A DNA stretch of 63,351 nucleotides, filler included, from Choristocarpus tenellus KU-1152 (taxonomy: Eukaryota; Protista; Phaeophyceae): NCBI GenBank assembly GCA_964200185.2. It is 6 parts of 6 records of this genome, joined end to end, with 100 filler letters (N's around TTAATTAATTAA, not from the genome) between each part and the next. Parts side by side here need not be neighbours in the genome. Positions count along the whole stretch, not along the records: positions 1 to 5,358 come from CAXNAD020011048.1; positions 5,459 to 29,468 come from CAXNAD020000229.1; 4 more parts are not named here. The stretch is one strand, 5' to 3'. The notes beneath the pieces are model-generated. The model was given only the letters and a program-made list of their open reading frames with translations, made no database searches and had not been told where the DNA came from. Every line of letters begins with the position of its first letter. The stretch's first letter is position 1. Position numbers and translations under genes: made by a program. Below are positions 1 through 13,260 of this stretch, in pieces.

Positions 1-1747
1 ATGTGTGTATGTGTATGTATGTATTGTATATATGTTTACATAAACATATACGTAGATGCAAATTCATATGTACACACTCGGATTGACATCCAAAAAAAAA
101 AGTTTACCATAGAGCCAGCTCCCTTGCGTTCGAATGACTCTTAGTAACAAGCTTGGAATATAAAATGAAATCAGGTTGGAGACGATGGCCATGGACATGC
201 ACAAACTAGATCAGATACGTACCATGTTTTTATTTTAAATGATACTTTGCCTTCAAGAGCAAAGTACATACAACACAAAATAAAAAGTAACACATAATAT
301 AATACATATTATACATATTCATTTGTATTTTTTGTTTCCACTTTGGGTTGACACAACGTGTACAAAAATCAATTATTCTCTGCTGGCCTATTCAAAACTC
401 AATGATAGCACCTGACCCCCCCAAACAGAAGACACCGTTGAGGTCACCTGTCAGAAGAAAGCGATGTTTATTGACAGCAGGAAGAACGACAAACAATTTT
501 CAAACAAACTTGTCCAACTTCAACTCAGGGTTGTTTGTCTGTGGATGATTGATGTTCAAATCGCTCTATGTAAAAAAATAATAATAATTATATTTATATA
601 TATATATATATTCTTTTGTATGGTAACAAAAAATATATTCTCACGTACCCTTTTTTGAAAAGAATTGATACTATACTAGTGAAGACACTGACACACACCT
701 TCAAAAAAAAAAGATCTGCTTTAATTTTACATAATTAGGCATGCAATTACATCTGAACGAGCAAAAAGCATACATTAAAAAATACATCCAATAATACACA
801 CTTATTGCCCCTTCAAGCACATCCTATGATAAAATAACAAAGATCTACACTGCTGAAGTAGAAAGAGTACACTATTAGTGTCATACCATACTACTATCTA
901 AAAGAGTCATGAACACACTATTAAATTTTGGTGGTAAATGCTACCGTATCAACATAGCACACTTTAAAACAATCAACCCCACTGTTACAACACACACACA
1001 CAAACTGAAGGCAGGCAGGCAACAAGCACCACGGAGAAAATTCTGGAGAAAATTCTCGCCCATTCAAGCACAATGCACTCAATTAAACCATGCGGATACT
1101 GCTGGCTTCTACTCCATAGGCTCACACCAAAATTGTTGGAGCGTAAAAATGGGAGAGAGTTTACACAGGGGGAGGGAGGGGGGGAGGCAGGGGGACCAAA
1201 AGCGCCTGAACCCTTTCCCAGAGCTTCACTTAAAAGTGTAACAAAAACAAAAAAGCCTAGAGTAGAAACTGGGTATTAGACGGACGGACGAAGGGGGGGC
1301 GTTGACCCTTTCCTGGACGTTCACTTAAAAGTTGTCTTTTTTAAACCCTAGGGTATGAAGCGGGTAGCCCCCAACAAACGTTTTTTTTTAAACAGAGCAG
1401 AGGGGATGACGCTATGTTTCTGCGCAGTCTCACCAAAACACAATTAAAACAAAACAAAAAAAAGTATCACATCAACGTTATGATCCCAGCAACACATTCA
1501 CGATAGCTCCCAGTTGAACCGTAGCAAATTGGGAAGGGGGGGGGGGGGGGGGGAGCCCTTACCGGGTTTTGGAAGTATTCCAATTGAACCCACCCCAACC
1601 CCCCCCCCCCTTAGCCCTCCTGCTCCNNNNNNNNNNAAAAAAAAAAAAAAACCAGCAAGCGCTTGCAACACCGCCACACAGGCCCGGGGCCGCCACGGTG
1701 GAGGAGGGGGGAGGGGGGGGGGGGGGGGGGGGGGGGGGAAGCCTTAC

Positions 1748-4695
1748 CTGGTTGTTGAAGTAGTCCACGTGAATCCATTCCAACCCCTCCGCCTCATAGT
1801 CCTCCTGCTCAGCCCGAATGGTGTGCTCAATGAAGTACCTTATCATACACCATAAAAAAATATATTATTATTATTTATTTTGCGAGTGAGTGCAGGAATG
1901 TTAGGGTAGGTATCTCTTGACTTTCTTTTTTCTTTTTCCTCTCAGTAGTCTACGTACAACTCTTTCAACAACAGAGAGTGGAAGACCTCCCTTACGTCAT
2001 ATTCAAATCCCTGGAAACACTAACACTAACACTAACACTAACCCTAAGCCTATCACTAACCCTAACATTAACCCTAACACACGCAATAACAGTAACAAAA
2101 AAGACTGATTATCCGGAGACACCAAAAGCCCTAGTTCAACTAAACAATTACCAACCCATACACATACAATCAGATCAAAGATAACATTCTTGCCGTCTCA
2201 AACATCTATTACGCCCCAAATACAACAAAAGTCACACATCTATATAGAGAGAGAGAGAAATGTGGACTTTCACAACAGAAAATAGAACTTCAATTACAAC
2301 CCCATCTCATCAAAAGCAACAATTTTAAAAAAAACACCAGGGCACAAAACCCTGTGTACTCAACCCTAACCCTACACTTATCACCATGCACACCACTACC
2401 ACCAGCCCTAACCCTAACCCTAACCCTAACCCTAACCTCTATTTCTAACCCAAATACGAATTCAATCAAGACAAGCACTGCGCATGTCACATTCCCTAGC
2501 CCCTGCCCCACACTACACTCACTGCTGCAATTTCTCGTTGACATAATTGATGCAAAACTGTTCGAAGGCGTTTGTCTCAAAGATCTCAAACCCGTAGATG
2601 TCCAGGACGCCCATCGTGAGTCCATCTTCCTTGCACTCGATGGACAGATTCACCTTACAGACATCAAACAGACATCAAACAGACACAATACAGACACAAT
2701 ACAGACATCAAACAGACATCAAACAGATATCAAACAGATATCAAACAGACATCAAGCAGACATCAAACAGACATCAAGCAGACACAATACAGACACAATA
2801 CAGACATCAAACAGATATCAAACAGACATCAAACAGACATCAAGCAGACATCAAACAGACACAATACAGACATTATCATCAATAACAACAAAAACAACAA
2901 CAAAACGACATGACATGGACGGCGTCGGCGTTGAGGACACCAGCCATCCCCTAGGTCAGAGATAAAATATAATCATAGGGATTTTTTTTTAAATATCTAT
3001 GTACAATAATATCAACGATAATCACGATTTTAAAAAAATTTCACCAACAATGATTTTTTTTTAAATAAATGCAACCAAAATAAACGGGCAAGAAGCCGGT
3101 AGAGAAGAAAAAAAACGAAACAAACACACACACACAAATGGAAGAACAAATACAATAAAAAGCTATCGCAACTTGTAAATACTCTATTATAAAATTGATT
3201 TCATTTTAAATAGTGAATCTTGACATCGCCGTGCCTCACTTCATTTTAAATCTCAGCACTACATCCTGTCTTAAATTATATTTTAAATATAACGAGAGGG
3301 CCCAACCACAGACCCAATCCTAACCCTAACTCAAAGATGCGCTGTCATATAGTCTCACAACAAGCCAGCATACACACTCCAGAGTGCCATATTCCATCCG
3401 TTGTCTTCACAGACGCTTCTGTGACTCTCTACCTCACCATCTCCCTCAGAACGAAATAACTCTCTACCTCACCCATTCACTCATTCACTCACTTACTCAC
3501 CCATTCACTAACTCACTCGCTTACTTACGCACTCACCCATTCACTCATTCACTCACTCACTTACGCACTCACTAACTTACTCACCCACTCCCTCTATCCC
3601 TAAGCCTTGCTGACTTGACCCCGTCCTCTAACCTAACCCTAACCCTCACCACAACCCTAACCCTAACATTTATAAGTACCAATGTGAAACTGTAACCTTA
3701 CCCATGAACACCAACACAGTCTTAACATTAGCCATAATCTTTCATTCAGTATCAACATAATCCTAACCCATAGTTGGTCCTTAGATGTAAGAACATCAAC
3801 ATACATAGCCTTACAAGCATCAACATGATCCAAACCCTAACCCTAACCCTATGAATAACAGCATATACCTCACCCTAGCCTTAACCCTAACAGAAGGTAT
3901 TTCTCCTTTACATACTACAAGCATTAACACAATCCAAACTCTCACCCCAAAGTAACGATATCAACACAAACCTAACCCTAGCCTTTTTTAACTATAACCC
4001 CAACCTTACTATCAATATCGTCGTCACCCTTACCCAACCTTATCTTCACTACAACACACATCTAAGTATCAACATAACAATAACCCTAACTCTAACCCTA
4101 ACCCTCACTACAAACACATCTAAATATTGACATAAAGCTAACCCTACTAACTGTGCTAACCATGCTAACCATGCTAACCCTAACCCTAACCCTAACTCCA
4201 TCTTTTTTTTCCAAGTACTACAACAAATTTGGACCAACTCTCCAACTCCATCAAACCCTAAACTCCAAACCCCCACCAGGCCCATCCACACGCTCCTGCC
4301 AGCTCTTAACTCCGCCGCCAAAGGTGAAGGACCACTTTTGACATCATCATCACTATCATCGCCATCATCATCATCGCCATCGTCCCTCAGGTGGGTGTGA
4401 ACAAGAAGAGCTTCCGCAGGGTATATATACTCTATATGATGATGCATACTCACCATATCACTCCACTCGTTCTCTTCTCACCTCGGCAGTACATACCCTG
4501 CTCTCACTCAACCACACACACACAAACACACAAACACACACACACACCACCACCACCACCACCACCTCCACCTCCACCTCCACCTTTTCCACTATCCAGT
4601 CAAAGAGCCTTCGGTAGAGCTCCTTGGCCAGCGCATCTCTTCCCTTGGCAGCATCCTGTGCGTTCAAGTTCTTCACATGCAACGAGTCTATCCTC
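1748..4695 (-). CDS. Myosin motor domain, class-I-like; three internal exons of a partial gene (4584-4695, 2523-2653, 1748-1838)
   Basis: Spliced in phase: [37 protein letters not shown]|[44 protein letters not shown]|[30 protein letters not shown]. Contains DALAK, switch II DIYGFE and the relay helix. GT-AG boundaries. DIYGFE and YFNN suggest class I. Confidence 0.95.
2017..2440 (+). repeat. Degenerate telomere-like (CCCTAA/CACTAA)n tracts in a myosin intron (2017-2077, 2405-2440; more at ~3630-4200)
   Basis: Visible taaccctaaccctaac runs. They produce the spurious LTLTLT/VRVRVR ORF translations. Confidence 0.85.
2657..2872 (+). repeat. 11-bp minisatellite (ACAGACATCAA and variants) directly abutting a myosin splice acceptor
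   Basis: About 19 tandem imperfect units, read directly. Confidence 0.9.
3468..3590 (+). repeat. Imperfect (CACT/CATT)n microsatellite
   Basis: cactcattcactcacttactcac... read directly. Confidence 0.8.
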
Positions 4696-4706
4696 CTGTG
4701 AAACTA

Positions 4707-4800
4707 CACAGACACACAGACACACAGACACACAGACACACAGGCATGCAGACGCACAGACACGCAGACACACAGACGCACAGACGCACAGACACGCAGA
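4707..4800 (+). repeat. (CACAGACA/CGCAGACA)n 8-bp microsatellite next to a myosin acceptor
   Basis: Read directly. Confidence 0.8.
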
Positions 4801-5358
4801 TGCACCGAAAAAAAAAAAATGGTTGAGATCATCTGTCTGCAAAATGTACACGATTATAAAAACCTGTACTAACCAAAAAAAGTAAGGTAAAGAATTAAGA
4901 TGAAGGGGAAATAGAAAATCACAAAATGAGTCCGAAACGAGCATGGGACAGCTAACCCTAACCCTAATCTGCACAACGCAATAACAATAAAAAAATTTAG
5001 TGAGTACTGCAGAATACTTCCAAAAATATTATTTATAAGAGCATTGATTGAAGTGAGGCGTCGGGTCGGGTGATGTACATAATAAAAAATATTAAGGAAG
5101 ATCAAGAACGGTGAGAGATCAACAAAGAAAATGCACACAAAAAAAAAGTCAGATGACGATAGCACAGGCTCAAAATAAACAATAATAATAACTCCTCACC
5201 TGAATTTTTTGAAATGTATTCAACGCTCCGTATTTGCTTCATACTCATTTCAAAATTATTATTTCATTTCTATTTTTTCAATAATCGCGACCAGCCTATT
5301 TTATTTTTATCTGTGGGTGGAAACATCCTGTATTTTGTTCTGCCCCTCCCCCCCTCCC

Positions 5359-5458
5359 NNNNNNNNNNNNNNNNNNNNNNNNNNNNNNNNNNNNNNNNNN
5401 NNTTAATTAATTAANNNNNNNNNNNNNNNNNNNNNNNNNNNNNNNNNNNNNNNNNNNN
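5359..5458. other. Artificial contig spacer (N44-TTAATTAATTAA-N44)
   Basis: The identical 100-nt linker, with stops in all six frames, occurs five times. Confidence 0.99.
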
Positions 5459-6699
5459 CCCCCCCCCCGCCGGCGAACATTTGGGTCAGATGGGGTCTTG
5501 GGTGAGGTTGATGATTTTGAGGCTGCTAGGCTTTGGAGGCAACCGAGCAATTGTGGTAACAGGGACAGGTGTGTGTGTGTGAGAGAGAGAGAGAGATAAA
5601 AAGTAATATTTGGGGTTATGTGTTACTCAACTATGTATTTAAGAGAAAGCGAAATGTTTTTTTCACTATTAGATCGTATATGATGTATATGGTGTGTGTA
5701 TGGTGCTTTGGTTTGCTCTCCATCTTGTACCCATATTTGTAATTTATGATTGGAGAAAGATGATTGGTTTAGCACTATGAGCATGTTCTGTGTAGGGTAG
5801 GCATAGCATAGGTTTGCTTTGGTGTGGGAAGGCATTTTGTGTATTGAGAGTCTGGATCTGGTTTGAGCCCCTAAAGTTGCTAAAGTGTTAACACATGTGT
5901 GTCTAAGATCTATAGAGTCAAAATTCAATTGAAGTTTGAACAATTGAATTACATGGACGAGAACCTGGGAAGGTGACTGCATGGTACTACACCTTCAGTG
6001 TGTTTACTTCTTTTGAGGTTAACTGGTGCATTCAATTGATGGCAAGGATATATATTTAAATACTTTTGAGATTAACTGGCACGTTGGATGCTCATCTATG
6101 TACAGTAATCCAAGATTTTGAAATTGGGAGCTAATTGGATGTCTTCATATACAGTCATGTTCCAGGTTGCTGTGTTGAGGTGAGGTGTTAATCAATAGGT
6201 TCCACATACTGACATCAATCAGAACACATTTTTCAGAAAGTATGTGAATAGATCCTTCGGATTGATATCTGACAGCTGCAGGCTAAAGTACCATTCCTTC
6301 AGTCATTGCACAGGTGTGTGTCCTAGCTATGAAATCCGAAAGTACATATTTGGAGATATAAGGGAGAGCACATGTCTATGTACATTTTTTTTTTGGGGGG
6401 GGGGAGGGGGACTTACAGGAATAATTTTTTATGTTAACTGATATTTTGGATATTTTCGCATTGGGAAAGTGAAAAGTAACATACAAGGTGAAAAATGCAA
6501 TAAACGTAACATCTGTATTGTATTTAGCGGTTGAAGCCTTCCAATACACCAATAGTTTTATTTTAGTTTGAAAACAAGTAACCAGCTCATTCCACACTAG
6601 AATAATAAACTACGGACTATATCAGAAAAGAGTTGAGAAACATCGGATGATGCACGCACCTCAAACTACTACTAGACTGGCGATATATAGGTGATCTAG

Positions 6700-9600
6700 A
6701 AATAAGGGAAGAATGTTAGAAGTCAGTCACACCCTGTCTTGCCCGTCGGCTCAGTGTCTCCTGGTTGAAGCGATGAAGCACCTAGAAATTGCCACTTACA
6801 CTGTTGCAGGCATACCTTGACTGATCTGTTCCTCTTGAAGCCCCCAGCCCCCTTACCACCATGTCAGTTGTCATCTCATCAATGAATCACTCTGTGTATC
6901 AAGATACCAAAAGCTTTTCACCACAAAGGTGTTGAAATTAGAGCTGCAAGGGTAAAGAGATACCTCTCACTGGTTGTGCTCCCAGTCCTCTACAGCAGTA
7001 GCAGCACTATTCGATGACGATTTTGTATGTTGCAATAAGCTCGGACCTCTGCAAATGTCTTAACTATTAGTAGGATGAGGTCCTATTCCCATTAGGGTTC
7101 AGTGGCAGCGTTGGAAAGTGCCCCCAACTTGGAATACTTGGAATATCACATCCATGCGGATGGGGGATCCAATCCTTCACAGTGCAAGGGTTTCCCATCT
7201 AGCTACAGACAATGCCTAGTTGCCTGGCTATAGGTATGTGTGTGAATACCTAGTGTGTCTCACCTTCTGTATCCAGTCACAGAGCAGTGGTTAGACAGTT
7301 CCTCATCTACTGTCAAAGGTTGAGTAACTTTGATGCAAACTTCTGGGGATGGGGTTCGCCTTGGTGGTTTGAGGAGTTAGTACTTTCCCATGTATTTCCT
7401 CATTGCCAACACTGGCTACTGTGATATGCTGAAGTCATAACAAAGGCTCCTATTCGGGTCTCAGATCCACAGGGAGGTTTGCAAGCTGGGTGTGGAAGCC
7501 AATGAAGTGGACCCTTATTAGGAGACTGGTGATCTCATCATCTCATGCTGGGCCTGTCTTGTTGTCCCTCCCATATCCTGCGCTGCCAGGGTGTGGACTT
7601 TTGGGGCTTGTCCTGGAGGGACTGCCCCCCCCCATTATAACTTGGCCCAGTTTGCCCAATGATTGCAGTGAAGTCCTTAGCGGGGACACCTGCAGGTATG
7701 ATAGCATGGATTGATGCTATAATTGTCTGCACGGTAGGGCTGGAGTTGATGGCCTGAGGAAATTCCTTGGCAGAAGCCTCTTGCTGTCTTTCTAACAATC
7801 CTAGAAACACCACATGTTGACAATGGATCATGGAGGACAGATCTAAACTTGAGTGCTTGTTGGCATCTGTCTGGACTTGGACCTGCTGTTATGTCTCCAA
7901 TTGAAGACACTTACATTCACACACCCCTTGAAAGAGCAGCTTCCTCAGTCAAGTCTGTCACCTCCATGATCCTTTTGAGTGCCCACAAAGATGTGTTGCC
8001 TAACTTGCTGCATGGGTGGACTTGGTAGTTGTGGTGGGATGATCAGCACCATGGCCATAGGCCAAACAGGGAGAGAGGAACTAGGGGTCGAGGAGTCGTG
8101 TCACATGCTTTTCATCAATCTCGCTGGGGTGTAAAGACAAGTTCCATGATACAGAGCTAGGAAGCTCCCCTGCTGTAAGAGCTGGAATACAGGTCAGAGG
8201 TGCACCCAGGGAGACAAAACCATTGATGTCTGGTATCATGTTGATCCCTGATGCGATCAGGAGATCCAATTCTGACTGTAAAGGATGGCAAGGTATAAAA
8301 GTTAAGGTGTGGTACCAGTGCATTTGGGAACATAGTCCACCCGACAGAGTAGTTTAATCAAACATACACTCACTGTGTGCTCAGCACAATAGGTTAGGCA
8401 CTTGAGGGTTTCTTGCCCTCTCTGGACATTGTTCAATATAACCCAGCCAAGGAGTCACCCACCACTCTGTTCCACTGGTGCATCACCACTACCAGAATTT
8501 GTGGGAAGGGCTTCCTCTTGAGTTGGTCACCTCAAGAAGCCTGTGGTTGAGAGACTGTAACCAATTAAGGATGAAGTATTCCTGTGTTTCATGAGGAACC
8601 TGAATACCAATCATACTGGTACCCATCTTTTTGAACAATCTTGTGTGTGACTGTCATGTGAGATATCTCTGTTTATTGCTGCAAGGACGTTGAGGTTGAT
8701 GGATTGTGGTTGTTCAAAGGTCTTTAGGGTCTACAGTTCACAACGAAGTCGTTGGTGTTGACTCACCCCTCCCCCTTTGATTCACCCTTGAGGAATTTAT
8801 CACTTTTTGGTGCTGAGTGCTCACATCTATCCTCAGTGATATTGGGTTTTTTTAGTGAGTACACATATGCGTACTCTTGTTCTGAACGGTACTTAATATA
8901 CTCTGTATATCTCTACCTGTCATTCAATGCTACTGCTGATGCATTTTTGGGGGGAAATGTTGAAGAAATTAAATTGCTCCACCTGACTTTGTGTTATGCC
9001 AATATGCTTCAGCTTTATGAGGTGTTTTTTTAAGGAATATACACCTTGAGTTGCAACCCCCAATGGTATGGTATAAATGTATATATGTTGTCACTAACCA
9101 ATGACTGCAATACAGCTTTTAAGTATGGCAAATCCAATGCCGTTATGGTGCCTTAACAATAAATCCATCTCAAAATCTTACCCCTTTGGATACTTCTGCT
9201 TGAATTAATGTTGCCCTGGGGATATTTTCAACTTTGACGATGCATGGTATAAAATGGCATGTACTAATGGCAGTGGGTTAGGTGAGGGCAGTGACGACAG
9301 CCCCTGGGATAGCAAGAGTGAAAGTGGAGAATGGGAGAAACACCACGCTCTTGACCAAGAAGAGGACAGGACCCCACTCCCCAGGTTGGTGAATGTTATC
9401 ATGCTCCAAGAAGTATGGGATACACCTGCCCCATTTGGCTTTTTGCCTTTCATGCTGACTCTCTTTTTTTTGCCTGGTTAGTTCTCGACTACAGATTTTA
9501 CACTTTCTTGTTCTGGGTTGAAGTTTGTACAAAGGCTTGTTGTGTGCAGCATGTTTTGCTTTTGTTCTTTTTTTTTCCTTGTGGGGTCTTGGGAGATAGG

Positions 9601-11550
9601 AGATGGGGTATGTTTCTGCCTTGTTGTAATCTCTCGCCATCAAGTTGGCAAGGCTGCAAAGCACCTTTATAGTGCTGGAAAGTGCTGCAGAGATTAAATG
9701 TACAAGTTGACTTCTGAGAAGCTTGAGTTACCTGGAGTATGTATCCTGTCAGTAGTAGGAGCAGTAACAGAATCATTTCTTTTCTGCATGGCTTTTGGAA
9801 GTATTTTGTCCACCTTTTAAGAGTGCATAGTATCTCACCCTAGGGCCATTTGAATGGTCAAGATATTCTAGTGTGACGATTCCAAGACATGCTTGTCATT
9901 TGACTTGTCTCATGGCATGGATTACAATATTGGATAAGCAGTTTGTGACTATTGTACTTGATCAACACGACTCCTGGAAGATTTTTCCATTCTGCTTCTT
10001 TATTTGCCAAACCAAGTCCTTAAGAGGTTTGGTGAACTTTTGTTGCAAGTAGTGCACAAATCAGTAAACAATACCAACTAATAAGTCCCTCTACTTCCTG
10101 CAAAGGGACTGCAAGAATGAATAACCTTGTTCGTGTGGTCGATACCATTAGCCATGTCCATAGTGGGATATGCACACCTAGAATGCTAGTGCATATGCTT
10201 TCCTCACCCTAATGAAACATGTGACCACTTGTTGACACCTGCCCCAATCCTCAACCCCTATGCTCTGCGAACCTGTATTCACACTCATGATGTACTATGC
10301 TGTCATGTTTATTGCTGGTTAGGCGCAACAATGATCTCTACAATCTGGCTTTGTTTGATGAGGGAGCCCCCCAGCGTATCAATACAATCTCACCAAACCG
10401 GCCACCACGACCCCAAAGGAGGGCCTCGCAGACCCAGGGAACACCCTCTCTGCTAATGGGGAGTCCATTGCAGATGGGACGGATGCGGCTATCTTTGGTT
10501 CGAGCACTAAGCCTTGACAGTTGGAGTCCCCGCCTGAAGATAGCGCCACTTGACTCCAGCCCAGTATCTTCATCTTCAGGCGTGGAACAGGAGGTTGGAT
10601 CGGGGGGAGAACAGCATAGCCCTTGGGGGTCATCGTTGCAATCGGAGGGGGAAAGCATTGATAAGGGGATAGAGTTGGTGGGTAGGTTGAAAGAGACTGA
10701 GTTGATGGAAGACCTAGGTGGTGATGAGTGGGTCTGCTGGCCTGAGAGGAGCCCATCTGCTGTGGACGAAGAGCTGGAGGCTGTTACGGGAGAATCTTGG
10801 AGTGATGGTGAGTGTGTATTTGAGCAGCAGCTTTAACTGTCCTGAGAAGTCTGGACAGACATAAATGGATGGTGGATTGGGTGGGAGAAATTTGATTGCA
10901 GTAGAGTTTTTGGGATGGAATCTACTGTTTGTGGGATGTGTAGAAGCACAGTGCTCCCTGTGTGTTGGATTGATGATGCGGTTGCCTTAATTAAAGAACA
11001 TGAAAAAGTGCAATATGGGACTCTTGAATATTTTATTCTTGGTTTTCTCTTGTCTTGAGTATTCTGGATATCAACCCTGTCTGTCACGTCTGGTTGTTGT
11101 GATTGGTTGACTTCCCAGAGCCAGCAGTCACGCCTGATTCTGCTGCCTCAGGCTACAGCCGCAGCGAGGGCTCTTTAACAGCAGGCGATGAATCCTTCAC
11201 AAGCATAGATCGTTGTTCAACTGAAGAAGAAAGTAAGGAGGAAGGATTGGACAATGGTGATGATGATGATGGATACCTTCACAGAATTCCCATTGTACAC
11301 CGCTGGGTGGCGCCAAACCCTGCTGCTCCTGATGTGGCAGGTAGGCAGCACTTAGGGAATCTCCTCTGGGAGCCTGAACCACGGGAACACGTTCCAGTTA
11401 GACTTGTGCCATCTATGATGCATGAAAGCTTTTGTTCTGATGATCAAGAAACCCGAAGCGCCACTTTTGATAGAAGAGCTGGTGGCATTCTCCAGAGGTC
11501 TCTCACTGCACCTCAGATATGGTGATTCTTGACAGTCTCCATGACATTGT
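6700..11550 (-). mobile_element. Heavily decayed non-LTR retrotransposon, probably CRE-like (RT + REL endonuclease); boundaries approximate
   Basis: Fragments lie in the expected order on the minus strand: FKWP*GE..L.RW (~9830), DYNKA (~9630), LGVATQG (~9050), KNA (~8945), WLGYI(D)(D)V-like TATATTGAACAATGTC (~8430), FVSLGAPL (~8205), and FNTFVVKSF (~6925, like REL FxPFVVESFG). Many stops and frameshifts. Confidence 0.5.
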
Positions 11551-11899
11551 ATCTCATGACTGCTGTGTGAAACACTTATATTTTGTGCATGGAGAGCAAG
11601 GAAGTTCAGAATTCAAGGCAGCATGAACAGGACGAACTGATGTGTAATTTGTAAGATGTGATCACTTCCACTTTTGACTACGAGAGAGCAATACTTGAGG
11701 TTTTTCTATTTGGAATATGATAGAAAAATGTACTGTAGTTTTAGTGAGGAATGTGTGTATATTGGTGGGTTGTATCTTTTTTTTGCAGAGGTGGTATACC
11801 ACTGGGAGAGGATCAAGAGACACAAGAGTGCACACACCTCTCCTCTGCCCAGGTGAGGAGTCGACGCCAATAATGTTTGTATTGAAACACTTATTTTTT

Positions 11900-12953
11900 G
11901 CATGGACTACACATCAGCAGGATGTATTGAGTCCCCTTAGCTGAGATGCGGCATTGTAGTTGTGTTGAGGTATCTACTTCCTATTGTGGAGTTGATGGCA
12001 TATGTACATGCATGAGTGGGAGCATTGACTTTGTTCCAGTGGAAACCCGATAGCTCTTTCCCAATACTTGCCTTTGTAAACTTTCACCCATATGTGCCTA
12101 TTGCTTTGCGTGTTGGTGTGTGAGAATTTCAGGAAGCATGTGGTTGGTTATTGGGATGAAGCAGTATGGAGTCGCTTCATGTCAAACCTTTCTGGAGATC
12201 TTGTTGCTTCCACTTGTACCGGCATGATTATGAAATTGAAACTGTCAATTACAGCTGTACTTATCTGATATGGGTGTCTGTTGCTGTTGATGTCTTTGTG
12301 GTTCATAGTAGTGTGAGATTGTGAATAGTTGTGAACTTGCCTTTCCTGTTGAAAAGGAGGACAGTCTCATTCTTTACAAAAAGGTCACCCCATCCTTTCA
12401 TGTTGCATGTTATAAGAGTTTTGATGTGTTGTCTCTTGACTAGAACAGTGTTTATCCCTATTGCGTTTCCTGCATGGAGTCAGGGTTAACACAATGTTCT
12501 AGCTTCTTTTAATTTTTATGTGATACTTTTTTACCTGTCAGGGAAGCATGAATTAGTGCAGTACTTTCCCTCCCCTCTACCATTCGGTCCCAATGATAGT
12601 TTGTGTCCAATCTTTGGATGGATTCGAGTATCACTCTTCCCTCTACACTTAGGTTGCTTTGATGTTTACATTCACTCCCTGATTTAATTTTAGAATTGTT
12701 GACAACCTTTCTGATAAGTCTCAGGTTTTGCGACACCTTCACCTACAATGGTGTTGGATGCCATTATATTTGTGAGTTTTTCTCCACACGATGGTGTGGT
12801 CCTTGAGTTTGCCGGAAAGTGCTTGAAGTGGCACGTATCCTTGTGAATCTTCACAACTTTTTCGTTGCTGTATTGACATCTGTGTACAATAGTGGTACCT
12901 GAAAGCATTTCCTGGGGGCACCAAAGAAAAGTGCAACGCATGTTGAAAAGCAA
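11900..12953 (-). pseudogene. Intronless decayed ORF resembling a CoiA-like (HFxH zinc-finger + PD-(D/E)xK) nuclease
   Basis: CQYSNEKVVKIHKDTCHFKHFP...CGEKLTNIMASNTI, then after a frameshift VILE...YHWDRMVEG...LIHASLTGKKVSHK. Pattern resemblance only. Confidence 0.3.
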
Positions 12954-13260
12954 CCAAAAGAAATATCTTCATCTATGCAGATGGCTGTCTACCTGTGCGG
13001 CAATGTCTACTATTCACTCAAGATCAATTTGAGTTCAATAGGGATATAATGTACACAATTTACCAAATCGTTCATTTGATTGGAAGGAAACTCTACCATC
13101 CTGTTGCAAAGTCCATTTTATGCTTCTCAAATGCAAGATAAAAACAGAATCAACTAAGTTCAATGGTGGCGATCCATGTAAAAACAAGTTAAGACCAATT
13201 TATTAGCCTCAAAGATGCCAAACTCCAGAGCAGGTAAAACATGCAGTAATTATCCTATCA

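Noticed and set aside
2354-2965. 203-aa plus-strand ORF with QTDIKQTS repeats
   Set aside because: It is the antisense of a myosin exon plus a minisatellite and telomere-like repeats.
1946-4390. Nested plus-strand exons in myosin introns (~1946-2020, ~4280-4390)
   Set aside because: Plausible splice signals exist, but there is no chainable model or recognisable peptide.
10297-11525. Plus-strand acidic ORFs (179 and 140 aa)
   Set aside because: No motifs; most simply the antisense of the Pro/Ser-rich N-terminal part of the decayed retroelement.
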